DNA from: an uncultured Thermoplasmata archaeon
GTDB lineage: Archaea > Thermoplasmatota > Thermoplasmata > Lutacidiplasmatales > UBA184
Length of the DNA: 64,000 nt
Assembly: GCA_963809035.1 (NCBI GenBank)
Contig: CAWEHV010000002.1
Span: 1,716,701 to 1,780,700, forward strand
Reading direction: 5' to 3'
Shown here: one piece after another, positions 1-8,815 of the stretch
Layout: every line of letters starts with the position of its first letter
Numbering within the stretch: the stretch's first letter is position 1
Position numbers and translations under genes: made by a program
Notes under the pieces: model-generated
What the model saw: only the letters and a program-made list of their open reading frames with translations
The model's database searches: none
What the model was told of the DNA's origin: nothing

Positions 1-323
1 ACCGCTGGCGTACTATCATGCTGTCGAAGAGCTATGGGACGAACTTGAAGAGAAGTTCCGCCTGAAGAAAGCCCGCGGGACCCCGTATCCGCACTTCTCC
101 TACTTGGTCGCGCGCCGACTCCATCGACCGGATGTGCAACGACGTGTGACACGACTTGCAGCACGGTCGTTGCCCTTCTCGGTCGAAACCACAGGCGTAC
201 ACGTCTTCCCGGGACCGGTGCTCACCGTCTTTCTTGGGGTCCGCCGTAGTCCTCGTCTCGTACGTTTCCATCGCGCGGTGCGACAGCGAACATTCATAGA
301 CTCGCGGCTCTCGCGACCCTAAG

Positions 324-1121
324 ATGGCTCACGCTCCCAGATTCGAGAATGCCCAGCTTCCTTCACTGTCGGAGTTGCTCAGCGTGGCGCGAGATGCCGC
401 CCATGCCGCTGGCCGGCTGACTCTTGAATCGTTCGGTCGACGCGTTCAGCCGGAGATCAAGCCGGACGGCTCCCCTGTGACTGCTGTCGACAAAGGAGCC
501 GAGAGCGAACTGCGTCGGATCATTCAGGAGTCCTTTCCAACGCACACGATTGTAGGCGAGGAAGGGGGAACTTCCCCGGGCGATCCGCGGGTCCGGTGGA
601 TACTTGATCCGATCGATGGAACTAAAGCGTTCATCCATGGAGTGCCGCTCTATTCTGTTCTTGTCGCTGTCGAGGTGGAAGGTCGGCCCTCGGTCGGCGT
701 GATCCATCTCCCCGCTCTGGAAGAGACCGTGGAGGCCGCCACCGGAATGGGCTGTCGGTGGAATGGGAAGGTTTCTCAGGTGTCCTCGACCGAGAGTCTT
801 TCAGAATCTACGATAATCACGACCTCGGTCCGAGCTTTGGAGGCGCGGGGAGTTCCATTTCATCGCCTAGCATCCGCCACGAGGACCCAGCGCGGATGGG
901 GCGACGCCTACGGGTTCGCGTTGGTCGCTACGGGCCGGGCCGAGGCGGCGATTGAACCCAAGGTGGGACTTTGGGACGTTGCGCCCATGCTTCCGATCAT
1001 CGAGGAAGCCGGGGGCATTGCGACTGATTGGAGTGGGGCAAGGACGATTCTTTCCAGTGACTTCGTTGCCTCGAATGGAGCGATTCACGCGCAGCTGTTA
1101 CGATTGCTCACGAACATCTAG
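324..1121 (+). CDS. Inositol monophosphatase family sugar-phosphatase (SuhB/HisN-like)
   Basis: 265-aa ORF with the IMPase-family metal-binding motifs 'WILDPIDGT' and 'GEEGG'; length typical of the family. Confidence 0.8.
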   Translation: MAHAPRFENAQLPSLSELLSVARDAAHAAGRLTLESFGRRVQPEIKPDGSPVTAVDKGAESELRRIIQESFPTHTIVGEEGGTSPGDPRVRWILDPIDGTKAFIHGVPLYSVLVAVEVEGRPSVGVIHLPALEETVEAATGMGCRWNGKVSQVSSTESLSESTIITTSVRALEARGVPFHRLASATRTQRGWGDAYGFALVATGRAEAAIEPKVGLWDVAPMLPIIEEAGGIATDWSGARTILSSDFVASNGAIHAQLLRLLTNI

Positions 1122-1312
1122 TGCGCTCGGCGCGCATCGGTGAACTTGTCCAGGAGTCGATTATGGCCCGGTCATTGGTCGCGCCCATCCGTCATGGATG
1201 CGGGCCGACGCGGCCGGCTTGGATTCGTCGACACGGCCGCGGTCTATCAAACTGACTTTGAAGACTCGTTATCCATAAGCATCATTTGGGGAGTTTGCGG
1301 TCCGTGGACGAA

Positions 1313-2383
1313 ATGTTGAGAACATCGGGGCCACAGACACCTCCGCTCGCCTATCGCGAGGTAGGGGTGGACATCGACGAAACCGATGCCGCAAAGGCAG
1401 AAATGGCCGATCTCATGAAGGACAGCGGACCTTTGGTCCTCAGCAAGTTCGGAGATTATGCAGCGCTGATTGACGCGCGATTTCCGGGTATCAAGGAACC
1501 TGTTTTGGCGCTGAAAGTCGAGGAACCTGGTTCCAAGCAGCTGCTGGCGTTCCAACATGATCGGGTCGAGGATGTCTGCCGGGACATGATTGCGCACCTC
1601 GTGAACGACGTGGTTGTAATGGGTGCCCGTCCCATTGCGGTTCTTGACGTCGTCGTCTGTGGGAGTTTCGAGAAGAAGACCATGGTCAAGATTGTATCCG
1701 CCCTGACCAAGGCATGCCGAGAGCAGGAGTGTAACCTTGTGGGTGGTGAAACGTCAGTGCAGCCCGGCGTGTTGCCAGAAGGTCGCTACATTCTGAGCGC
1801 AACGGCGGTGGGGGTGGTCGAACGATCCAAGATTATTGATCGAAGTCGGATCCGGATAGGCGACGTTCTTCTTGCGCTCCCGTCGAGCGGGCCGCACACG
1901 AACGGGTATAGTCTCATCCGTCGGCTACTCGAGAGCCAGCCAGATCTGGGTGCGCGACGTGTTGGGGGCCAGACTTTTTTCGAAGCAGCGATGGCTCCCC
2001 ACATCTGCTACTACCAAGCCCTCAAGGAGATCCTGGGAGATTCCGGGACGCATGGGATTGCCCATGTCACCGGCGGCGGGATCGCAGATAATGTGGTGAG
2101 GATCATTCCTCCTGAGGTGGACGCCGTCATCGAACTTTCCTCCATCAAAGTTCCCACTGTCTTCTCCGCCATTCGAGACGCTGGAAGGCTCACGGACGAG
2201 GAGATGCTACGGGTGTTCAATAACGGGCTCGGAATGGTCCTCGCCGTTTCACCAGAACGTGTTCCCGCGGTTGAGAGCCACCTGCGAGCCAATGCCGTGA
2301 ATCCATACGCGGTGGGCTCAGTACGCCCCGGAACGGGACAAGTGACGCTTACAGGGCGTGTCAACTGGCCGTCAGTTTCGTGA
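1313..2383 (+). CDS. purM: Phosphoribosylformylglycinamidine cyclo-ligase (AIR synthetase)
   Basis: Translation has the PurM N-terminal 'LAYREVGVDIDETD' (cf. 'LSYKDAGVDID'), 'GGETS' and 'GYSLIRR'-type motifs. The ORF track starts at a TTG (1286); ATG at 1313 gives the canonical N-terminus. Confidence 0.85.
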   Translation: MLRTSGPQTPPLAYREVGVDIDETDAAKAEMADLMKDSGPLVLSKFGDYAALIDARFPGIKEPVLALKVEEPGSKQLLAFQHDRVEDVCRDMIAHLVNDVVVMGARPIAVLDVVVCGSFEKKTMVKIVSALTKACREQECNLVGGETSVQPGVLPEGRYILSATAVGVVERSKIIDRSRIRIGDVLLALPSSGPHTNGYSLIRRLLESQPDLGARRVGGQTFFEAAMAPHICYYQALKEILGDSGTHGIAHVTGGGIADNVVRIIPPEVDAVIELSSIKVPTVFSAIRDAGRLTDEEMLRVFNNGLGMVLAVSPERVPAVESHLRANAVNPYAVGSVRPGTGQVTLTGRVNWPSVS

Positions 2384-2570
2384 AATCGTCGAGCGGCTCG
2401 CCGTCGCTGGCCGCCTCAGTCTCGGCGCTGATCGCGGTCGCTGTCATCGGCCGCGCGCGTCGTGCTAAGCCCTTGGTCAAGTCGAATGGTCGCTCCCCCG
2501 TGGTGCTCACCCAAAGTGCGCTTGATTTAGACTTGGGGCGAGTGATCATGAGCTGAACGGGGCGAACAGG

Positions 2571-3260
2571 ATGGAAGCGAACCCTACGCACCAGAAGGGG
2601 TACCGAGGTCTGCCGATGGAAGGGATGGTGGCTCGCCGGTACGCGAAGTTGCGTCGCTCTGGGAGTCAGATCGAGGATTGGAGAAAACAGGCGGCTCAAC
2701 TTACCGCCGGACTTCCGGATGATGCCAATATTCTCGAGGTGGCGCCGGGCCCCGGATACTTCGCTATCGAAATGGCGCGAATTGGCCGGTTTTGTGTGAC
2801 CGGACTGGATATCAGCCGCACGTTCGTGCAGATTGAGGCGGAGAACGCACACCGGGCAGGAGTGAGCGCGACCTTCCGGCTGGGGGACGCGTCCAACATG
2901 CCCTTCGCAGACGCATCGTTCGACCTGGTCGTTTGCCAGGCCGCGTTCAAAAACTTCAGCCGACCGGACAAAGCAATAGGGGAGATGCACCGAGTCCTCC
3001 GCGAGGGGGGGACCGCGGTAATCCAAGACATGAGGAAGGACGCTTCCGACGCCGCGATCCGCGAAGAAGTGCGCACGATGCGTCTTGGCCTCGTAGGCAC
3101 TTTCATGACACGGAGGGTTCTGGGTGGACTCCGTCGGCGGGCTTACACGAAAGAACAATTCGAACAGATGGCCAGTCGGAGCGCCTTCGGGGGAAGCGAG
3201 ATCGTGACGAGTGGAATTGGTGTCGAGGTCCGATTAGGGAAGCGAGGCCCGGCGCACTGA
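2571..3260 (+). CDS. Class I SAM-dependent methyltransferase (UbiE/COQ5-like)
   Basis: Motif I 'ILEVAPGPGYFAIEMAR' and 'FDLVVCQAAF'-type post-I/II motifs. The start could alternatively be the ATG at 2616. Confidence 0.7.
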   Translation: MEANPTHQKGYRGLPMEGMVARRYAKLRRSGSQIEDWRKQAAQLTAGLPDDANILEVAPGPGYFAIEMARIGRFCVTGLDISRTFVQIEAENAHRAGVSATFRLGDASNMPFADASFDLVVCQAAFKNFSRPDKAIGEMHRVLREGGTAVIQDMRKDASDAAIREEVRTMRLGLVGTFMTRRVLGGLRRRAYTKEQFEQMASRSAFGGSEIVTSGIGVEVRLGKRGPAH

Positions 3261-3451
3261 AACCGTCGTGGCCCCGCGCGCTCCTCGCGGTCGGTCACTA
3301 ACCGCCCGCCCCGCTCTCAGCAGGAATTGCGAACGTTCAGGGGCAAGGCCCTCTGCCGGGGGTCCCTTGTCTATGAAGCGCGCCGGAAACCCAGCTTGGC
3401 GGCTGACGGGTATTCTCATAAACTAACGCGGAACTCCGCGACTGCGAAAGC

Positions 3452-3841
3452 ATGCAAGTCTCGTTCGGGTACACGGGCATCCGTGTGAAGGACCTAGAAG
3501 CGTCGGTCAAGTTCTACACAAGCGTCCTAGGCATGAAAGAGGTGGATCGGTTCACGCAGGCCACGACGCAAGGGAAGGTCGTGCTCCTTGCCATGGAGGG
3601 GAGCGGCCACTTGCTGGAGCTGAACTACTACCCACCGGGAAACCGGTTCGACACGAAGTATGAAGTCGGCGAAGGGCTTGACCACCTCGGATTCGAGGTG
3701 AAGAACCTAGATTCTGTGCTCGCGGAAGCGAAGCAGGCAGGGTACCCAGTAGAGCTTGAGCTGCAGGACCCGGCGCACCGCTGGGCGTACATCCAAGACC
3801 CGAACGGCATCTGGGTCGAGTTCTTCGTTCCGCCGGACTGA
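3452..3841 (+). CDS. VOC (glyoxalase I / bleomycin-resistance fold) family protein
   Basis: 129-aa ORF; 'GIRVKDLEASVKFYTSVLGM' and 'DHLGFEV' are typical paired beta-alpha-beta-beta-beta VOC modules. Confidence 0.7.
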   Translation: MQVSFGYTGIRVKDLEASVKFYTSVLGMKEVDRFTQATTQGKVVLLAMEGSGHLLELNYYPPGNRFDTKYEVGEGLDHLGFEVKNLDSVLAEAKQAGYPVELELQDPAHRWAYIQDPNGIWVEFFVPPD

Positions 3842-4009
3842 CAGCCGACCGACAGCCGGGGGTTGCAGGTCAGACAGCTCCAAGCCTGGGAGTCCGAAGA
3901 ATCCGTCCAACTTGGAGCCTGTCCTGAAAGGCGAAGATCACGGAACCGCGCCGCTTCCCGTCAGCGGGAGCCTCGGGGGAGGGTCCCGGGAGATCGATCC
4001 ATTCCAGGG

Positions 4010-4110
4010 GGGCCGGCTGGATTCCACCGCCACTAGTGTATCCGCATTGTTCTGTAACAGCAGGCGAATCCGCTCGGGGCTATGGTTCGAATCCGACCGA
4101 GGCTGTCCCT
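4010..4110 (+). other. tRNA-like segment with T-arm motif GGTTCGAATCC; probable integration (att) target
   Basis: Canonical T-loop motif at 4085-4095. Its 3' part is duplicated at 5840-5880 and lies upstream of an integrase. I could not fold it into a complete cloverleaf by eye (possible intron or fragment). Confidence 0.3.
4043..4084. repeat. Direct repeat copy 1 (att-like), ~42 nt with a 29/30-nt identical core 'gtaaca(g/a)caggcgaatccgctcggggctat'
   Basis: Matches 5840-5880 (about 80% over 42 nt, 29/30 in the core). A weaker third copy 'acagcaggcgaat' lies at 8038-8050. Confidence 0.6.
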
Positions 4111-4303
4111 TAGCGACGCCTGCGGTAGCCTAAACCGCGTGCGTATCACAACGCGCACTTTGCCCGCAGCAGGCATTCGAAAAACTCTCAGATGGGCCGG
4201 GGCTCACGGAGCGGCATTCCCGGTCGGGTGGGGTGGGCTGACAAGCAGTATGTAATGTCGGCGCTATACTTGCCCGGAAGCGGGGCGTGAGACTTCACGG
4301 ACG

Positions 4304-5506
4304 ATGGCGGTTTCAGCAACCCTTCGATTCGTGTTGGTCGTGGTCGTCGCCGTCATTGCCGTGACGGGCACGCTTCTCTACTTCCTCGTAGCCACTTCAC
4401 CGGGCGGAACATCGGATAAGTCGCAGAATCCAATAGGCAAGGGCACCGGCTTGCACTATGCGGTGGTCGGGACCATCGCCCAGATCAATGTCAGCGGTGT
4501 CGCCGTCGGATTCTGGCCTCAGGATGTGATCTACGACCCTCAAAGTGGGATGCTCTATGTGGCGTCGGAGAACTCCCAAACTGTGTCCATAGTCGATCCC
4601 AGTACCTTCCAGGCGACTCAGGTGATCCCGACGGGGGCCGATGCGCGAGGTCTGGTACTCGACCCCTCCAACAACCGGCTGTTTGTTTCGAACGATTTCG
4701 CAAGTAACCTCACCGTAATCAACACGACTACAAACACGATTCAGACCACGCTCAACTACACTCCCTACGGGAACATGGTCGGCGAGCAGCTCGACCCCTC
4801 TACCGGTCAACTGCTTGTCCTCGCCAACAATCCTCCGGACTCCATCCTTTCGATTAACCCGAACACCTACAACTTGACCCGCGTCCTCCCCATCGATGTG
4901 AATCCCGGTGGTGGGAACGGGTACGCCATCAACGCCAGTACCCATGTCATTTACTTCCCCGCTCGCGGGGACTACGCGGTCTCGGAGATCGGGGAACTCA
5001 ATGGCACGTCGTTCGAGCGCGTCCCGATGCCGGGGGACGAGGGGCCCACGTCTTCCTTCTCCGACCCGTTGAATGGCGACATCTACGTGATGCTCGGTGG
5101 GTGGCTCTGGATGGGTCCTGGGAATCAAGCCGTGGTCCTTAACCCGGCGACGAACCAGATTGTCGCGACTCTCACCCTCGGCGCCTGGCCGGACGCCTAC
5201 GCCTACAATTCCACCTCGGATCTCCTCTTCGTTTCGTGCGCGGCTTCAGGTAACATTTCGATCATCAATGTTTCCTCGAACCGGGTCGTGGGATCCATCT
5301 TCCTGGGCAACGGCACGCTGCCCGGTGCGATTGCGATCGACCCGGTCACGGGCAACCTCTACATCGGAGAGGACGGAAGCGGCGAGCTCGTCGAGGTCGC
5401 GCTGGTAACCAGCTCCGCCGTGTCTATCGTGCCGGTTGCCCCCACGATGGCCAGCAGCCTGCTGCTCGTGGCGCGCTGGGTCCAAGCCGGCCACTCGGTT
5501 TCGTAG
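4304..5506 (+). CDS. YVTN-family beta-propeller repeat surface protein, N- and C-terminal TM anchors, many N-x-S/T sequons
   Basis: N-terminal hydrophobic helix. Repeated 'LYVASENSQTVSIVD', 'LFVSNDFASNLTVIN', 'LYIGEDGSGELVEV' YVTN/NHL-like blades. C-terminal hydrophobic segment. Confidence 0.7.
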   Translation: MAVSATLRFVLVVVVAVIAVTGTLLYFLVATSPGGTSDKSQNPIGKGTGLHYAVVGTIAQINVSGVAVGFWPQDVIYDPQSGMLYVASENSQTVSIVDPSTFQATQVIPTGADARGLVLDPSNNRLFVSNDFASNLTVINTTTNTIQTTLNYTPYGNMVGEQLDPSTGQLLVLANNPPDSILSINPNTYNLTRVLPIDVNPGGGNGYAINASTHVIYFPARGDYAVSEIGELNGTSFERVPMPGDEGPTSSFSDPLNGDIYVMLGGWLWMGPGNQAVVLNPATNQIVATLTLGAWPDAYAYNSTSDLLFVSCAASGNISIINVSSNRVVGSIFLGNGTLPGAIAIDPVTGNLYIGEDGSGELVEVALVTSSAVSIVPVAPTMASSLLLVARWVQAGHSVS

Positions 5507-5839
5507 AAGGCTCTGCGCGGCACCCCCTGCCTAGAAGCATGCCATCCCGGACCCTCCTATCGCTGCCCTTGGCCTGATTATCGGCAACGACACCCGTTGC
5601 GATTCGACCGGAAGCGAGTGGGGCAGTCTATTCAGGGGGTGCTTGCCTCTTCGGGCGAGTCGACTGTTCTCTGGGGAGGGGGTTTTGGAACGACATCCTC
5701 CGGGCTCGTGAAGAGTCGGGAACAGTGCCTCGTCCGACCCCACCGGCATTGGAGCCGAAGGAGGAGAATCCCTTCAATGCACCACCAAATGCGGCCGGAG
5801 GATGAAGCGCGGAGTGCAGGCTCCTCCCCGAGGTGTATC

Positions 5840-5880
5840 CCATTTGTGATGTAACAACAGGCGAATCCGCTCGGGGCTAT
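5840..5880. repeat. Direct repeat copy 2 (att-like) immediately upstream of the integrase gene
   Basis: See copy 1. Downstream sequence diverges from the tRNA-like context. Confidence 0.6.
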
Positions 5881-5938
5881 CCACATTTCTATTGAAAATG
5901 GATATATCTACCACCCCTATTCCCGGTCCGGGCGAACG

Positions 5939-7210
5939 GTGTCGGCGGCGAGGAAGAAGGATCGTGCCGTCCGGGTCTCGATGGAGAGCGATCCCGAGGT
6001 CGATCGCTGGAGAAAACGCCTCCTCAAGTCCGCTCCGTCTACCGCCGACGTATGGCCCCGGCGCCTGAGCTCGTTCTGCCTCCAAGTCGGGCACACTCCG
6101 GCCAGCCTCCTTGTACTCGATCTTCGCGGTCTCGTGGACCAGCTCGACTCGTTTGAGGAAGGGGAGCGAAAGAAGGGCAACTCGGGCTCGTACGTTGCCT
6201 TCACGGTCAAGGTGGTTCGAAGCTGGCTCCGGTACAACGGGGTGGACGTCCCCCGCGGCGCAGTCAAGGTTCGTGATGCGGACGTCGTGAAAGAGGAGAC
6301 GGCACTCTCTCGATCTCAACTGAGGGCGATTCTGAACGCCGCGACTCAGCGAGAGAAGGTTGCCGTCGCACTCATGGCGATGAGTGGGATCCGTCCGATG
6401 GTCCTCGGAAATTATCGCGGCGACGATGGCCTTCGTGTCCGGGATTGCGATCTCCAGATCAAGAAGGGAAGAGTCGTCTTCGGAGCCCTTCCACTGCGGA
6501 TCGTCGTCCGCCGGGAACTATCCAAAGGTAACCACCAGTACCTGACATTCCTGGGGACGGAGGGCGCGAATTTCTTGCGAGACTACATCGAAGCCCGAAT
6601 CCGAAGCGGTGAGAAGGTCGGCCCGGATTCACCGATAGTGGTGCCGGACCGGGCCGAGCGGAAATTCATTTGGTCCACAAACATCGGGGACCTGGTCCGC
6701 CACGCGATTAGGGGGGCGGAGCTGGACGTGCGCCCGTACTGCCTTAGAACGACGTTCGCAACCCGGACCCTCTCCCTCGAAGCGGAGGGAAAACTTCCGC
6801 ACGCCTACGCCTCTTTTTGGTTGGGACACCGAGGAGACATGACCGCCAGATACGCCCAAAACCGGGGGACCCTCCCCGAGAACGTCATTCAGGAAATGCG
6901 CATGGCGTATCACAGATGTGAACCCGCGTTCAGGAGTTCCGAACCCAGCGTCGAGGACCGGGAAGAGGCGAAATCTATCCTCAAGGCTGAGATCCTCATG
7001 ATCGCCGGTTACACGGCCGAACAGGCGGAGAAAATCCTCGGGGATCCCCACTCGGATGTCGGGGCTGCGATCCGTGAGAAGCTGATGGGTGCCGCGCCCC
7101 CCACGCCCCAGCGGATCGTGACAGTGGATGAGGCTGCGACCCTGTTATCGAGCGGGTGGCGGGTCGTGACTTCAGTCGCGCCCGGTGTACTTGGTACTGG
7201 ACCCACCTGA
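5939..7210 (+). CDS. Tyrosine-type site-specific integrase/recombinase
   Basis: C-terminal catalytic residues in the order R...HxxR...Y ('LRTTFATR', 'HRGDMTARY'). GTG start at 5939 or ATG at 5981. Located directly after the att-like repeat. Confidence 0.8.
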   Translation: MSAARKKDRAVRVSMESDPEVDRWRKRLLKSAPSTADVWPRRLSSFCLQVGHTPASLLVLDLRGLVDQLDSFEEGERKKGNSGSYVAFTVKVVRSWLRYNGVDVPRGAVKVRDADVVKEETALSRSQLRAILNAATQREKVAVALMAMSGIRPMVLGNYRGDDGLRVRDCDLQIKKGRVVFGALPLRIVVRRELSKGNHQYLTFLGTEGANFLRDYIEARIRSGEKVGPDSPIVVPDRAERKFIWSTNIGDLVRHAIRGAELDVRPYCLRTTFATRTLSLEAEGKLPHAYASFWLGHRGDMTARYAQNRGTLPENVIQEMRMAYHRCEPAFRSSEPSVEDREEAKSILKAEILMIAGYTAEQAEKILGDPHSDVGAAIREKLMGAAPPTPQRIVTVDEAATLLSSGWRVVTSVAPGVLGTGPT

Positions 7211-7843
7211 ACAACCGCCCACGTCGTGAGGTCATTTTCGACTCCCCGTGCGGGTTGCTTTTATTAACCACCCGACCGGCCAGCCAGCACTGACGAGCCC
7301 GACTATAAGCCCCCCAACCGCGAGTCCGGGTCGATGGTATTGGGGTCTCGGGAACACGGGATTCACGTCCTGGGAGGGGCGCTCGTCGCTCCCTTTCCCA
7401 AGCTATTCGTTGTCGCGAATTGGTGGGTGACCCAGAGTCGGCGAGTCACCGCCGTTTTCGAAGGGGAGGTCATTATTCTCTGTCGGCCGGGTGCCGAACG
7501 GCTTGCCCTCGCTGGCCTCGATCGAATCCGCCGCGTGCTTACCCAAACGGGAGTGACTGGAATCAAGCAGGCCGCCGCCGACGCCTCCGCCCGGAAGGGT
7601 CAACGGAAAACACCCTAATGCCCCCTCTTCGCACAGACTCTCGATCCTTGGTCCGCCTGAAGCGGCTCATCGCCAAGGGGCCCCCGGGGTCAGCGCTCAG
7701 GACCCTTATCTTAGCCGAGCCAGATACGATAAGCACCGAGCGGCTACTCGCAATCTCGTCGATTTGGCTTAAACTCCTCGACATCGAGGAGGATTCGACC
7801 GACACGACCCCCTCGACCCCGGCGGTAACACGCCGGATTCCCG

Positions 7844-8230
7844 GGGGAACCCGGGCCAGAGCGCGAAGAGGCGCACGTCCGGATCGTCTGCACGACGCAA
7901 TGTCTTGACACGGGAACTCGCGCCGGGAAACTGGTCCGGGGCCTACTGGCCGCGATCGCTTCGTTCGAACGTAAGCTGATCCGCGAGCGCACGGCCGGGT
8001 CGGTGCGAGCGATGCGGGACGGCCTCCGAACGACCCACAGCAGGCGAATGATCGGTCGGACGCCCCGCCTGACGCCCGAGGTAGTCGATCGGATCCGGAG
8101 GAACGTGCCAGCGGCCCAAAGTGGTCGGTTGTTGCTCAGCGGGTCGGGATCCCGAGTGGGGCCTGCCGAAAGGTCAAGGGGCCCCCCTGCGCGAAAACCC
8201 GAGTATGGAAAAAGGTCCCTGAGTGATTAG
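7844..8230 (+). pseudogene. Serine recombinase (resolvase/invertase) C-terminal fragment
   Basis: Frame reads '...LDTGTRAGKLVRGLLAAIASFERKLIRERTAGSVRAMRDG...TPRLTPEVVDRIRR', the conserved end of the resolvase catalytic domain. No N-terminal catalytic Ser region in frame upstream. Confidence 0.55.
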
Positions 8231-8379
8231 AACACTCTCGGCCGAACTGGTAGCCCCCTTCGCCGTGCGCAACCGGTCCCATTAGAACAACCCACTCAGC
8301 CAGCCCCGAGCGGTTTCGCCTCGATTACGGGGTGAATCCTGCTCCCTGCGTCCTAATCCCTCGTACGTCTGACTCGGCA

Positions 8380-8430
8380 TGTAGTCGAACCCCGGGGGGT
8401 TCGAATCCACCGATATCCCCCTCGTTCAAA
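8380..8430 (+). other. tRNA-like dispersed repeat (…CCCCGGGGGGTTCGAATCCACC…)
   Basis: T-arm-like motif. Shares 'ccccgggggttcgaatccac' with 8575-8605. Confidence 0.3.
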
Positions 8431-8560
8431 CTCATCCGGTAACCTGACGACATGTGGGACGAAACCTATGGGTCAGGGAGCCTCCCACCGAATGACGGAC
8501 TTGGCTGGCTCTTAGCCAGGGTTACTTCACCGCCACTCCGCTCTCCTCGCCCACCCTCCT

Positions 8561-8620
8561 GGATCGAAGTGGTCGGCGTCCACTCCCCCCGGGGGTTCGA
8601 ATCCACTTAGATCGCCACCC
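8561..8620 (+). other. tRNA-like dispersed repeat with conserved core 'GGCGTCCACTCCCCCCGGGGGTTCGAATCC' inside an 11-bp stem
   Basis: Stem 8562-8572/8603-8613 (one mismatch) encloses the core. The core recurs at 16919, 30225 and, partially, 32405. Confidence 0.35.
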
Positions 8621-8815
8621 TCAGCGCATTGATCGGTAGCCACATCTCAGACTAGGCATAGGCGAACCGGGAGGAGTGCTCACTCACAAGTGACGCGGAC
8701 CCTCCGGGCCCGTGATGCAATAGCGCCCGCGCAAACATTCCAAGCCGCGATTTGGAGATATCTCTGGAGTATATTTCACTCAGGCTTAAGCGCCTGGTCA
8801 CCCCTAGGATAATCG

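Noticed and set aside
2361-3158. 265-aa minus-strand ORF overlapping the methyltransferase gene, and similar antisense ORFs over purM (2011-2364) and the YVTN gene (4397-5128)
   Set aside because: All three overlap well-supported motif-bearing genes on the other strand and have Arg/Pro/Ser-rich low-complexity translations.
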